Positions 32,384 through 40,462 of a stretch of DNA of 40,462 bases are shown here, piece by piece. The stretch covers positions 336,554 to 377,015 of the forward strand of contig VMFR01000001.1 of NCBI GenBank assembly GCA_007376135.1, in the 5' to 3' direction. Under the pieces are notes generated by a model, which had not been told where the DNA came from, did not search any database, and worked only from the letters and a program-made list of their open reading frames with translations. Position 1 is the stretch's first letter. Each line of letters begins with the position of its first letter. This DNA comes from Parcubacteria group bacterium Gr01-1014_31. GTDB taxonomy: Bacteria; Patescibacteriota; Patescibacteriia; Buchananbacterales; GWA2-38-13. The translations under genes were made by a program, and so were the position numbers.

Positions 32384-32934
32384 AGGGAAAAATATTTCCG
32401 CGCCAACAGCAAGCCGGCCATCGTCACGCTGTCATACACGCCGCCCTGGGCGAGCAACGACCGCACCCGAGCCGGGGTTGCCATGACGACCCTGAGCATT
32501 TCGCCGTTCGTTTCCGGCTGTGCGGCACCGGCGCGCAACCCCTGCGCCAGAAAGACGTGGCCGGTCTGATTAAAATATCCCGGTGCCACCATCAAGCGCC
32601 CAAGACGACGCCAACGCTTCGCGGTAAAACCGGTTTCCTCGCGCAGCTCGCGTTTGGCGGCAGAAATCGGCGCTTCACCGCGCTCGATACCGCCCTTAAT
32701 GACCTCCCAGGCGCGGCCCTGCGGGTAGCGATGCTGGCGTACCAGCACCAGCCGGTTTTCCTGCAGCGCCAGCACCATCACGAACGGTGATTTGATCAGA
32801 TACGTCCAGGTCCGCACCGCGCCGGAGGGAAAGCGCAACCGCGTCTCATGGACGCCGCCCACGCCATCGCCGCGGAACGCCACGCGGGTGGCAAGTACTC
32901 GCAGTCCGGAGGTGCTCCGTGTAGGACGACGCAT
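32380..32934 (-). CDS. Nudix hydrolase (ADP-ribose/NDP-sugar pyrophosphatase-like)
   Basis: Canonical Nudix box GGIERGEAPISAAKRELREETGF. Confidence 0.85.
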   Translation of the reverse strand: MRRPTRSTSGLRVLATRVAFRGDGVGGVHETRLRFPSGAVRTWTYLIKSPFVMVLALQENRLVLVRQHRYPQGRAWEVIKGGIERGEAPISAAKRELREETGFTAKRWRRLGRLMVAPGYFNQTGHVFLAQGLRAGAAQPETNGEMLRVVMATPARVRSLLAQGGVYDSVTMAGLLLARKYFSL

Positions 32935-32945
32935 GGGAGGCTCAC

Positions 32946-33353
32946 TTACCGCAATGCGGCCGCAATGTCTTTTGCCAATCCCGCGCTTTCCTCGGGACCG
33001 TAGCGCTGGTGCGGCCAGGACTGCAACCCGTCGCCATCAATTCTCGGAATAAGGTGAAAATGGGTATGCATGACGATCTGTCCGGCGGCCGCGCCGTTAT
33101 TGATGCCGACGTTGAATGCCGGAGCATGCGTCACCCGCAACACCGCCGGGGCAATGACCTGCAGCGCGTCCATCATCGCGGACACCGTCTCGGCCGGGGT
33201 GGCCGCCAAGTCCTGAAAATGGAGCTTGGGCACGACCAAGACATGACCGCGGGAAATGGGCGCGATGTCCAAGAATGCGAGCACCGCGCCATTCTCATAG
33301 ACTTTGTCGCACGGGATCTGCCCGGCGATGATCTTACAGAAGACGCAATCCAT
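32946..33353 (-). CDS. HIT-family (histidine triad) nucleotide hydrolase/transferase
   Basis: MDCVFCKIIAGQIP...RGHVLVVPK...HTHFHLIPR. Confidence 0.9.
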   Translation of the reverse strand: MDCVFCKIIAGQIPCDKVYENGAVLAFLDIAPISRGHVLVVPKLHFQDLAATPAETVSAMMDALQVIAPAVLRVTHAPAFNVGINNGAAAGQIVMHTHFHLIPRIDGDGLQSWPHQRYGPEESAGLAKDIAAALR

Positions 33354-33391
33354 ATCGGGAAAGCAAGAAGCTAGAATATAAAATCAAGGGG
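33354..33391 (-). promoter_or_regulatory. CT-rich conserved upstream element (copy 2), immediately 5' of the HIT gene
   Basis: Minus-strand reading: CCCCTTGATTTTATATTCTAGCTTCTTGCTTTCCCGAT-ATG. 28 of 38 positions match the murG upstream element, ungapped and at the same distance from the ATG. Also contains GTGATT, 17 nt, TATATT. Confidence 0.5.
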
Positions 33392-33395
33392 GGAA

Positions 33396-33542
33396 TTAAT
33401 CACCTCCGACGTTCTCATCCCATTCATGCCCACAGTTCAAACAACGGTGGGTTAAATCATTTTGATATTTGACCGGCGCGTTACCTGGACGGTATTCGGC
33501 CATGGGGGTGATATTAGGGGAGCTACATTTTGGGCATTCCAT
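33396..33542 (-). CDS. Small (48 aa) zinc-ribbon protein
   Basis: MECPKCSSPNITPMAEYRPGNAPVKYQNDLTHRCLNCGHEWDENVGGD (CPxC...CxxC). Lies 19 nt downstream of the rmlC stop in an AT-richer stretch. No SD. Only the tail of the listed ORF 33396-33842 is credible. Confidence 0.45.
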   Translation of the reverse strand: MECPKCSSPNITPMAEYRPGNAPVKYQNDLTHRCLNCGHEWDENVGGD

Positions 33543-33561
33543 AGATGTGCTGAATAATTTA

Positions 33562-34038
33562 TTAATACTTGCTCCAGTCGAAATTGATCTTTTGGTCATC
33601 GTACGGTAACCGCTCTTCATCGGGATTTCCGGCGTTGTAGGCGCGCGTCGTGTGGTAGAACAGCAACACCGGATCATGGCCCAAAACTTTATAGCCATGC
33701 ACCACCCCGGCCGGAATGACAATGACCTTATAGTCATCCTTCCCGGCCCTGATGGTCTGGGTCTGGCCGAAGGTCGGTGAATCCTCCCGCTGATCGTAGA
33801 GCACGACCAGCGCCTGGCCATCCGCGACAAACCATACATCATCTTGTTGGCGGTGCCAGTGGAACGCTTTAATGGCGCCCGGATAGGTCACCGTGAACGT
33901 CGACTGGCCGAAACGGGACAACAATGCTTCATCATCGCGGATAACTTCCATCAAAAAGCCGGGCCGCGAGAGCACTTCGCGACCCTGGGCCTGATCGGGC
34001 CACACCTTTAACGTTTTGATCTTGACTCCATCAATCAT
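33562..34038 (-). CDS. rmlC: dTDP-4-dehydrorhamnose 3,5-epimerase-like cupin (short RmlC/SpsL-like form)
   Basis: HWHRQQDDVWFVADGQALVVLYDQREDSPTFGQ...VIPAGVVHGYKVLG. The true ATG is at 34038 (MIDGVKIK), internal to the listed ORF. Confidence 0.8.
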   Translation of the reverse strand: MIDGVKIKTLKVWPDQAQGREVLSRPGFLMEVIRDDEALLSRFGQSTFTVTYPGAIKAFHWHRQQDDVWFVADGQALVVLYDQREDSPTFGQTQTIRAGKDDYKVIVIPAGVVHGYKVLGHDPVLLFYHTTRAYNAGNPDEERLPYDDQKINFDWSKY

Positions 34039-34399
34039 GTTGCTGTTCCCCCAGGGCGGCGAGCACGCTCCCCCACGCGACGACGGCAAACAGCCATCCG
34101 ACCGGCGAGGATACGGCCGCGCCGACTCCGACGGCCGCCGCAATGCCTGCGCCAACGGCGAGCCAATGCCGGTACCAAACCGTCGCAGGCGGCGCGCCAC
34201 GGAACGTCAGAAACGCCGTCAGCGTAGCAGAAAATACCAGCCCAAGCAATACCCAATGCGGATTGAACGTGTTACCGACAAAATGCGGCTTGCCCCACTC
34301 CAACGCCATCAGGGCGGCCCACATCAAGAGCAGCCCGCCGGTCTGCGTGCGGCAGTACGTTAGTGCGATAGCGCGTCGAGTCCGTGAGATGGCGGGCAT
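34031..34399 (-). CDS. Hypothetical small polytopic membrane protein (about 4 TM helices)
   Basis: GGLLLMWAALMAL, WVLLGLVFSATLTAFLTF, WLAVGAGIAAAVGVGAAV, WLFAVVAWGSVLAAL. 8-nt overlap with the rmlC start. Confidence 0.55.
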   Translation of the reverse strand: MPAISRTRRAIALTYCRTQTGGLLLMWAALMALEWGKPHFVGNTFNPHWVLLGLVFSATLTAFLTFRGAPPATVWYRHWLAVGAGIAAAVGVGAAVSSPVGWLFAVVAWGSVLAALGEQQHD

Positions 34400-34410
34400 A
34401 GCGAGGAGCG

Positions 34411-35238
34411 CTAGCGGAACCAGCGGCCAGCCCAGCCCCGCAGCACCGGCCAGGTGACCCGGTCCCCCAACAAGGACGTGCGCAGGGTCCGGAACGAAGC
34501 GCTCGGCGACGGCAACGGCCGTTCGGGGGCGGAAATGACAATGCGCAATGAAGCCGCGGACTGTTGTTCCGTGGTCAGAAGAAAAAGCTGATCGATCTTC
34601 CGCCAGCCGTCGGGCGCACCGATCGGCCGGTAGCCGGTCAGAATGAAATCGGTGCCGCTGGCGGCGCCCGAAGGCGGCAGCGGGTCAACGGTGAATGGCA
34701 GTTCGAAGGGAACGCGGTACGCGGCGATCCGTTCCGCCTCCGGCGGCTGCCGCAAGAAGTCATCGAGATTCTCGTAGTCGGGCTCACGCTGCAGGAGCAC
34801 CAGACCGCCGCCGCGCAACTGGGTCCACCGGCCCGGTTGCGACAGTTCCTCGAGCACCCGATGGTAGGCCGGCTGCAAGGTCAGGTGGTCGGCACGGCCG
34901 TCGGGAATGAGGCCCAGTTCGACCACCTGCAGGTTGCCGGGGTCAAGCTCCAGCTGGACGGAAAGCGTTCGGAACGGCCGCGGCTGCTGCAGGTCGACGT
35001 AGACGGGTTCGGCAAGCATGCGGTATCCGCGAGCAATATCCGCCGGCGCGAGCGGTTCGACCCTGCTTTCCGGCACCGGCCCGCGCAAATACGGCCCGCT
35101 GATCGGCCACCCTTCCGCACGAAGCTGGGCGGAGGGCACCAGGTCGACCCAGGCCAGCCAGAACAACAACGCCAGCGGGGCCAGAGCCCACGCCAAGCGC
35201 GACAACGTCAGCCAGCGGAGACCGAAGCGTTCAGGCAT
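34411..35238 (-). CDS. Hypothetical membrane-anchored protein downstream of the GT-C gene
   Basis: N-terminal TM helix LSRLAWALAPLALLFWLAWV, then a ~240-aa soluble domain with no motif I recognise. Tightly packed in the operon. Confidence 0.6.
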   Translation of the reverse strand: MPERFGLRWLTLSRLAWALAPLALLFWLAWVDLVPSAQLRAEGWPISGPYLRGPVPESRVEPLAPADIARGYRMLAEPVYVDLQQPRPFRTLSVQLELDPGNLQVVELGLIPDGRADHLTLQPAYHRVLEELSQPGRWTQLRGGGLVLLQREPDYENLDDFLRQPPEAERIAAYRVPFELPFTVDPLPPSGAASGTDFILTGYRPIGAPDGWRKIDQLFLLTTEQQSAASLRIVISAPERPLPSPSASFRTLRTSLLGDRVTWPVLRGWAGRWFR

Positions 35239-35244
35239 ACTTCA

Positions 35245-36861
35245 TCATTCCGCGCCGCGGCGAACCTGAAATACCCGTTCCGGCGCGGCGACAGCGACCA
35301 CCGACACCGGCTCCCCCAGAATAAGCCCGGCGGACGATAATTGATCGCGGACGGCAACGATAGCTGCATCATCCATGAAGGTATACCAGTACACCGGACG
35401 GTGTTCCAAGAGCGCGGGCAACGCCCGCTGCACCTGCGGATCGCGGAGCGTGGCAATGACGGGCAGCAGGGGGAAGAACAGCTTATCGGCCCGTTCGGCA
35501 ACGACCACGGCGTTTGCCGGGACGTAGCGGACGACAGTCTCGCGTTTGGCGTAACCGGCGCGGACCGCTTTGGCGACGGCCCCCAACCCGTCGGACGGTT
35601 CATGCAGGGTCAGCCGGATAGACCAGAACGAAAACCCGGCCGCAACGGCAAGCAGGACGACACGCCGCAGCCACAAGCCCCGGAGGCGGCCCACCGTCCA
35701 GAGCATCCCCGACGCGGCGTACGGCAACAGCATGACCGACAACGGCAGCCAGTAGCGCACGTAGGAGCCGGCCATGGTCACGGCCTGCGGGTCGAGGTTG
35801 TCGACCAAAACGGCGCTGCCGTAGTAGGGCACCAACCACACCGCCATAACGATAGGCGCGACCATCGCCCACCGCGCAGCAACCGACTGGCGGGACCAAC
35901 GGTGCACCTGCAGGGCCAGGCCCAGCGCAGCCGGCCAGACCACCGCGGACTGCAGGCCGAACATGAAACGCCAGAAATTCTGCAGCGCGCGGCGCGGGTG
36001 CAAGCCAAAGGGAAGCAACGATGACGCGTCCGCGACGGGCGCCGCGCCGTCCGGGGGCGGCAGCAGATAACCACTGGCCAGCGGATGGCCAAAGGTCGCT
36101 TGTTGCTGCAACAATACCGGCGCCACCCCGGCGGCCAGCCCCAGCGCGAACGCCCAGCCAACGCGCCGCAGCCGACGCCGTTGGCACCACACCGCAGCCA
36201 CCAGCAGCGGCGCGAGCCAGACCGCCTCCACGGGACGGATCGCAACGGCGGCGCCGAACGCTGCTCCCGCAAGGAATGCGCCCGCGCGACGGCCCGTGCG
36301 GAGGGCGACAACGCTCCCCCATCCGCCCAGCAGCACCAGCGCAGCGAACGGGAGGTTAGGAAATAATCCGCGAGCGCTGTAGTACCACCACGGCGGCAAC
36401 AGCGGCAGCGCCAACGCCGACCACCAGGCTACCGCCGGTGGAAAAAATACCAACGCCAAACGGTACAGCGCATACCCGCCCAGCGCCGCCAACAACGGCG
36501 TCAGGTACGGCAGTACGCCGACGCCGCCGACCCGCGCCGCCATTCCGTACCACACCGGAAGCCCGATAAAGCTGGCGGGTACCAACCGGCCGTCATAGAC
36601 CAGCATGGATCGCGGATGCACGATGCCGGACGCGTCGTCCGCCAGCGCGGGAGCCGCCAGCGGCACATCCTGCGCCACCCGGCGCGCAAAGAAGTAATTG
36701 GCTGTCTCATCCGGCGAATTAAAACTGCGCGGCCCAGCCGGGGGCGCGCTGGACCAGCTGAGCGTGGCATGCGCGACCGCCCACCCGAAAAGCCACACCG
36801 CCAGCAGCATGCCGCGCCAATGCGTGCCCTTCATATGCCTGCAGTATAGCATCCCGGCCAA
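35245..36861 (-). CDS. Polytopic GT-C-fold glycosyltransferase (ArnT/PMT, GT39/GT83-like)
   Basis: More than 10 hydrophobic helices. First-loop acidic motif FNSPDETANYFFARRV resembles the DE motif of ArnT/PMT enzymes. Start ambiguous: TTG 36861, ATG 36852 or ATG 36834. Confidence 0.7.
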   Translation of the reverse strand: MAGMLYCRHMKGTHWRGMLLAVWLFGWAVAHATLSWSSAPPAGPRSFNSPDETANYFFARRVAQDVPLAAPALADDASGIVHPRSMLVYDGRLVPASFIGLPVWYGMAARVGGVGVLPYLTPLLAALGGYALYRLALVFFPPAVAWWSALALPLLPPWWYYSARGLFPNLPFAALVLLGGWGSVVALRTGRRAGAFLAGAAFGAAVAIRPVEAVWLAPLLVAAVWCQRRRLRRVGWAFALGLAAGVAPVLLQQQATFGHPLASGYLLPPPDGAAPVADASSLLPFGLHPRRALQNFWRFMFGLQSAVVWPAALGLALQVHRWSRQSVAARWAMVAPIVMAVWLVPYYGSAVLVDNLDPQAVTMAGSYVRYWLPLSVMLLPYAASGMLWTVGRLRGLWLRRVVLLAVAAGFSFWSIRLTLHEPSDGLGAVAKAVRAGYAKRETVVRYVPANAVVVAERADKLFFPLLPVIATLRDPQVQRALPALLEHRPVYWYTFMDDAAIVAVRDQLSSAGLILGEPVSVVAVAAPERVFQVRRGAE

Positions 36862-36878
36862 GTCATTGTGGCGCGCGG

Positions 36879-36887
36879 TGGTATGCT
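36879..36887 (+). promoter_or_regulatory. Candidate extended -10 promoter (TGGTATGCT) for the 738-aa membrane protein
   Basis: TG-n-TATGCT; same TGGTA form as at 13101 and 24425. No clear -35. Confidence 0.3.
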
Positions 36888-37044
36888 ACACTGCAAGCGT
36901 CCCGACGCCCGACCAAGACACCATGAACCCGGCCGAAAAGGACGGAAACTGGCACCGAACTGCGGGTGTTGCAACCTGAACCCAAGCATTTGATCGCTGT
37001 ACCACGAGGTATGCCCTGTAGGACAATGGACTGGCGAAAACGAC

Positions 37045-39261
37045 TTGAGAGTTGCGTCGAAGTCACGTACTTCATTCCGAGAGCAAACACACCCGACCAT
37101 TGTACTGCGGGGTATGCGTAAGCAACCTTCCTGGCTCCTGACCGCGTTCCTGACCATAACTGCCGTCGCCAACTTGGGCTGGCACAGCGCCAGTATCGGG
37201 CTGACATTGGGCGTCCTCTATTTCCTGTGGTGCGCGTGGCTTGCCGGCGGCGTGCTGGCACCCAACGAACCCCGCCGCTGGCAGCTGGTGGTCGGGCTCG
37301 TCGGGAATCTCGCTCTCCTGACCGTGGTCGGAACGAGCGCCTACTGGCTTTTCCGCCTCGACGGCGCGGTCATCGCCGTCATCGCCATCATCACACCCTG
37401 CGTTTGGATCTTCCTGCCGCATGCGCCCGGTCGGGCGGGATCCTCGATGTGGCAGCGCGACCCGTTGCGCGGTTTGCCACGCACCATGGGCGTCACCACA
37501 TTACTCCTCCTTGGGTTCGTCGGATTACTGGCGCTGGCCATCCGACACTTGGTAGGCGCGGCAACGACGGAGGCTATCCGCACGCCGTGGCAGGTTGTAC
37601 CGCCGGCATTCTGGGTTGGCTTCATCGGCGCGACGATGGCACTGCTGGGACTGCACTTTCGCACGGACCGGGCCGGCCGGCGGCTGCTCTTCACTCTGCT
37701 GCTGCTCGGAACGAGTATCAGCGTCGCGCTCTTCGTCTACCCCCTCGGTTACGGCTACGATCCCTTCATCCACCAGGCGGCGGAACGGACGATCGCCCAA
37801 AACGGCGTCATCACGCCAAAGACCCCCTACTACATCGGCCAATACGCGCTGGTCGTGCCGATCGCGCGGATCCTGGGTGTGGATGTCGTGACGGTTGACC
37901 GCCTCGCTGCCCTCACCGGCCTGCTGCTGATCGCGGCGTTCGCCTACTGGCCGTGGCGGCGCTACCACCCCACCGCCGCCGCCCTGCCGCTAACCCTCCT
38001 CCTGCTCCCTCTCGGCAGCCTGATCACCACAACCCCGCAAGGACTGGCGAATTTGTGGTTACTGGCAACCGCAACCATCGTGGCGCTGCCCCGGACGCCG
38101 GTTCCAAATCCGCCGCAGCTGCGCTGGCTGCCGATCGCCCTGCTGACCGCCGCGGCAGCCAGCGCGACGCATCCGATCGCCGGCGTGCCCGCGCTCGCGC
38201 TGGTGGCGTTCGGGATGATCGCCGCTTGGCGGCCCGCCACGTCCTATGCCGTCAAATGGGGACCGCGCCTCGCAAGCTGCGCGGTCTTCGCTCTGACCGC
38301 GACGACCCTTCCCTTGTTATTCCTCCTCAACGCGCAACAGGCCGGCATTGCCCCATCAGAGGCCTGGGAACCGCAGCCACTCGCGCCGATGATCGCCGCC
38401 GCGGCCGCCGCCGCGCTTCCCCGATTCCCCGCGAGCACCAACCCGCTGCTGGATTTCGCGGCAATGCTCGACCTCAACCGCGGGTGGCTTATCGCGGTCG
38501 GCGCGGCGGCGGGCGCGTGGCTCGTCTGGTCGCGGAAAAAACAGGCGGCATTACTACCCAGTGTAGCGACCAGCCTGGCGTTATTGGCGACCTACCTGGC
38601 GCTGCGGCAAATGCGTTTCCCGCAGCTGATCGCCGACGAACAAGCGGTGTTCGGCCAACGCGTTCTCGAGTTAGCGGGTTTTGTGCTTCTTCCGCTGCTC
38701 GTGGCCGGCGGACAGATGCTGCTGGAACACATGAGCCAGGAACGGGTACTGCGCGCCGCGGTCGTCGTCCTCGGGAGCGCGGCCCTGACGGCTGCCGTCT
38801 ACCTGAACTACCCACGCGTCGACCGATACCGCGCGGACCACGGGTACAACCTCAGCGCCGCCGACCTGGCGGCGGTGAAACTGGTCGCCGCGGACGCGCG
38901 CGGCACCTACCTGGTGCTGGCGAATCAAATGACGTCAGCCGCCGCTATCCGCGAATTCGGTTTTGCGCCCGCCTATGCCACGGCAGCCGACCCGCGACGG
39001 ACCATGTACGCCTATCCCGTGCCGACAGGAGAAACCCTCTATCAAGAATTCCTCGCTATGGTGCGCGAAGAGCCTGAACGCTCCGTGGTGCAGACCGCCG
39101 CGGCAATGAGCGCGACTCCGATCAACGCCGTCTACTTCATCCTGCCCCGCTATTGGAACGACTTCGACCGCGTCTCCTCGGCTGCCCAGGCAACGGCGAA
39201 CCAATGGTGGCCGCTGGACAGCGGAAAGATCCAGGTCTTTCGCTACGACCTGGCCCCGTGA
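37045..39261 (+). CDS. Large (about 715-738 aa) polytopic membrane protein, possible GT-C-type transferase or glycan polymerase
   Basis: About 14 or more hydrophobic helices with loop motif GYGYDPFIHQAAERTI and a C-terminal soluble domain. Start is TTG 37045 or ATG 37114. The function is inferred from neighbourhood only. Confidence 0.7.
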   Translation: MRVASKSRTSFREQTHPTIVLRGMRKQPSWLLTAFLTITAVANLGWHSASIGLTLGVLYFLWCAWLAGGVLAPNEPRRWQLVVGLVGNLALLTVVGTSAYWLFRLDGAVIAVIAIITPCVWIFLPHAPGRAGSSMWQRDPLRGLPRTMGVTTLLLLGFVGLLALAIRHLVGAATTEAIRTPWQVVPPAFWVGFIGATMALLGLHFRTDRAGRRLLFTLLLLGTSISVALFVYPLGYGYDPFIHQAAERTIAQNGVITPKTPYYIGQYALVVPIARILGVDVVTVDRLAALTGLLLIAAFAYWPWRRYHPTAAALPLTLLLLPLGSLITTTPQGLANLWLLATATIVALPRTPVPNPPQLRWLPIALLTAAAASATHPIAGVPALALVAFGMIAAWRPATSYAVKWGPRLASCAVFALTATTLPLLFLLNAQQAGIAPSEAWEPQPLAPMIAAAAAAALPRFPASTNPLLDFAAMLDLNRGWLIAVGAAAGAWLVWSRKKQAALLPSVATSLALLATYLALRQMRFPQLIADEQAVFGQRVLELAGFVLLPLLVAGGQMLLEHMSQERVLRAAVVVLGSAALTAAVYLNYPRVDRYRADHGYNLSAADLAAVKLVAADARGTYLVLANQMTSAAAIREFGFAPAYATAADPRRTMYAYPVPTGETLYQEFLAMVREEPERSVVQTAAAMSATPINAVYFILPRYWNDFDRVSSAAQATANQWWPLDSGKIQVFRYDLAP

Positions 39262-39289
39262 AACATCCGCCCGAGACGATGCAAAAAAA

Positions 39290-39312
39290 CGCCCGCAGTG
39301 CGCGGGCGTTTT
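39290..39312. terminator. Bidirectional rho-independent terminator
   Basis: A7-CGCCCGC-AGTGC-GCGGGCG-TTTT between convergent genes. Confidence 0.75.
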
Positions 39313-39325
39313 CCATTGGCCGCTA

Positions 39326-40462
39326 TCAGGCTGCCTCCAGCATCTTCTGCAAGTACATTTTCAGATCAAGGGAAGCGCGCGTCCGCGCCGCACCTTCCCG
39401 CAACGGCGCCAGCAGCTCAGGATGGTCAAGGTACTGCAGCAGCACCGCGCGCAGGCTGCGCGGGTCGGAAGGCGCAAACGTGAACCCGTTCACGTTATCC
39501 TTCACCAGCTCGCTGATGCCTCCGATGTCCGCCGCGACGACTGGCACGCCGCAGGAAAAACTCTCCGCGATCACGGTCGGCGAATTCTCGTAGCACAGCG
39601 ACGGCACGACCGTCGCGTCGGTCTGGTTGAAGATGGCGCGCAACCCCGAACGCTTCACGTACCCGAGGTACCGGTAGTTCGGCTTGTCCGCCGTCAGCAC
39701 CCGGACCTCCTCGCTCAAGCTTCCGGTGCCGACGATCCGCAGCGTCCAGTTGGTCCGCGGCAGCCCTTCCATAACCTCCAGCAGCAGCAGGATGCCCTTG
39801 CCTCGCTCCAACTGTCCCAGGTACAGCAGGTTAACGTGGTCGCCTGGGTGCTCGCGGACCGCGGGCGGCGCGGGGTCCAGGCGCGGCAAAGGATTCGGCA
39901 TCACCAGCCAGCGCGACCGGCGGAAAAACCCGCGGGTGCGGTGGTAGTCCGCAACCCAATGCGAGGGCGCGACCACCACCGTCGGCGAACCGAACAGATA
40001 CCGGCACCACTTCTCGTACTGGAGGTCGAGAACCAGAAAGGGCTTCTCCTGTCCAGAGATCAACAGGCCCGATGGACGGGACAATTGGATGTCGTGCAGC
40101 GTATGGATGTGCTTGATGCCCAGATCGCGCAACAGCCGCGGGATGAGATAGCTGACCCCTTTCAGATTATGGGTCAGCACCAGCGCCGGCCGTTCCGCCT
40201 TCAGGACACGCTTGACCTGCAATCGCCCCGACCAGCCGAACAGATCCAGCAGATGCCACGGCAGACGCAGCCACAGCGGACGATCGCCCAACGAAAAAAA
40301 TGAAAAAATATTGAACGGCCGGATACGATACACCGTCATTCGGTCACCCCGTTCCACCGCGCGCTGACGTCCCAGCGCAATGACCACGACCTCGTACCCA
40401 AGCTCGCGCAGCCCGACCGCGATGGCTTCCACCATCACTTCGGCGCCGCCCCGGCGGTCCGG
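39326..40462 (-). CDS. GT4-family (GT-B fold) glycosyltransferase, 5' end beyond the window
   Basis: PSLCYENSPTVIAESFSCGVPVVAADIGGISELVKDNVNGFTF. The frame stays open to nt 40462 (PDRRGGAEVMVEAIAVGL, a typical GGAE N-terminal motif). Confidence 0.85.
   Translation of the reverse strand, partial: PDRRGGAEVMVEAIAVGLRELGYEVVVIALGRQRAVERGDRMTVYRIRPFNIFSFFSLGDRPLWLRLPWHLLDLFGWSGRLQVKRVLKAERPALVLTHNLKGVSYLIPRLLRDLGIKHIHTLHDIQLSRPSGLLISGQEKPFLVLDLQYEKWCRYLFGSPTVVVAPSHWVADYHRTRGFFRRSRWLVMPNPLPRLDPAPPAVREHPGDHVNLLYLGQLERGKGILLLLEVMEGLPRTNWTLRIVGTGSLSEEVRVLTADKPNYRYLGYVKRSGLRAIFNQTDATVVPSLCYENSPTVIAESFSCGVPVVAADIGGISELVKDNVNGFTFAPSDPRSLRAVLLQYLDHPELLAPLREGAARTRASLDLKMYLQKMLEAA

Noticed and set aside
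37953-39077. 374-aa same-strand, out-of-frame ORF inside the 738-aa membrane protein gene
   Set aside because: The product is extremely R/P/G/A-rich, typical of an off-frame reading of GC-rich coding sequence. The main frame gives coherent TM helices.

Overview
GC-rich, densely coded bacterial chromosome segment using the standard genetic code (TGA, TAA and TAG all act as stops; I saw no in-frame recoding). Third codon positions are strongly G/C-biased, so the ORF track contains many long antisense or out-of-frame shadow ORFs, which I rejected. All family calls rest on motif recognition by eye; no database search or folding program was run.

Layout:
(i) 1-3610 (+): the 3' half of a pilC paralogue, then four translationally coupled prepilin-type genes (FimT/GspH-like, PilV-like, PilW-like, PilX-like).
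(ii) 3701-12879 (-): a fragmented dcw/peptidoglycan block (murB, murC, murG, ftsW, murD, mraY, plus a small membrane protein). It is interrupted by an AT-rich cassette carrying a small FCS/TRASH-type zinc-finger gene and by two opposite-strand orphan ORFs with strong Shine-Dalgarno (SD) sites.
(iii) 13181-23216 (+): a complete secretin-less type IV pilus operon: pilB, pilC, a 747-aa PilV-like pilin fused to a predicted 7-bladed propeller, a PilW-like gene, a PilX-like gene, pilM, pilN, pilO and a small TM protein.
(iv) 23274-29451: housekeeping mix (NifU-like, C39-like lipoprotein, Nudix-like, rpmA, pyrG, rplI, acyP, S41 Ctp protease).
(v) 29754-40462: a rhamnose/surface-glycan locus (rmlA, rmlD, rmlB, Nudix, HIT, Zn-ribbon, rmlC, small membrane proteins, a GT-C glycosyltransferase, a divergent 738-aa polytopic protein, and a GT4 truncated by the window edge).

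The organisation (no secretin, weak SD usage, reduced dcw set) fits a monoderm-type, possibly CPR/Patescibacteria-like organism, but that is inference only.

Most interesting observations:
- The pilin-propeller fusion, a possible PilY1 analogue built into a minor pilin.
- A 7-bp tandem repeat and palindrome inside its first 13 codons, which could act as a frameshift switch or an operator.
- A shared ATTTCGAAAT palindrome at the 5' ends of two pilus genes.
- The duplicated minor-pilin modules.
- A compositionally foreign zinc-finger mini-cassette inside the dcw block.
- A conserved CT-rich element upstream of both murG and the HIT gene.
- Candidate structured leaders in front of pilB and of the mraY unit.
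- An unannotated 36-codon hydrophobic peptide gene.
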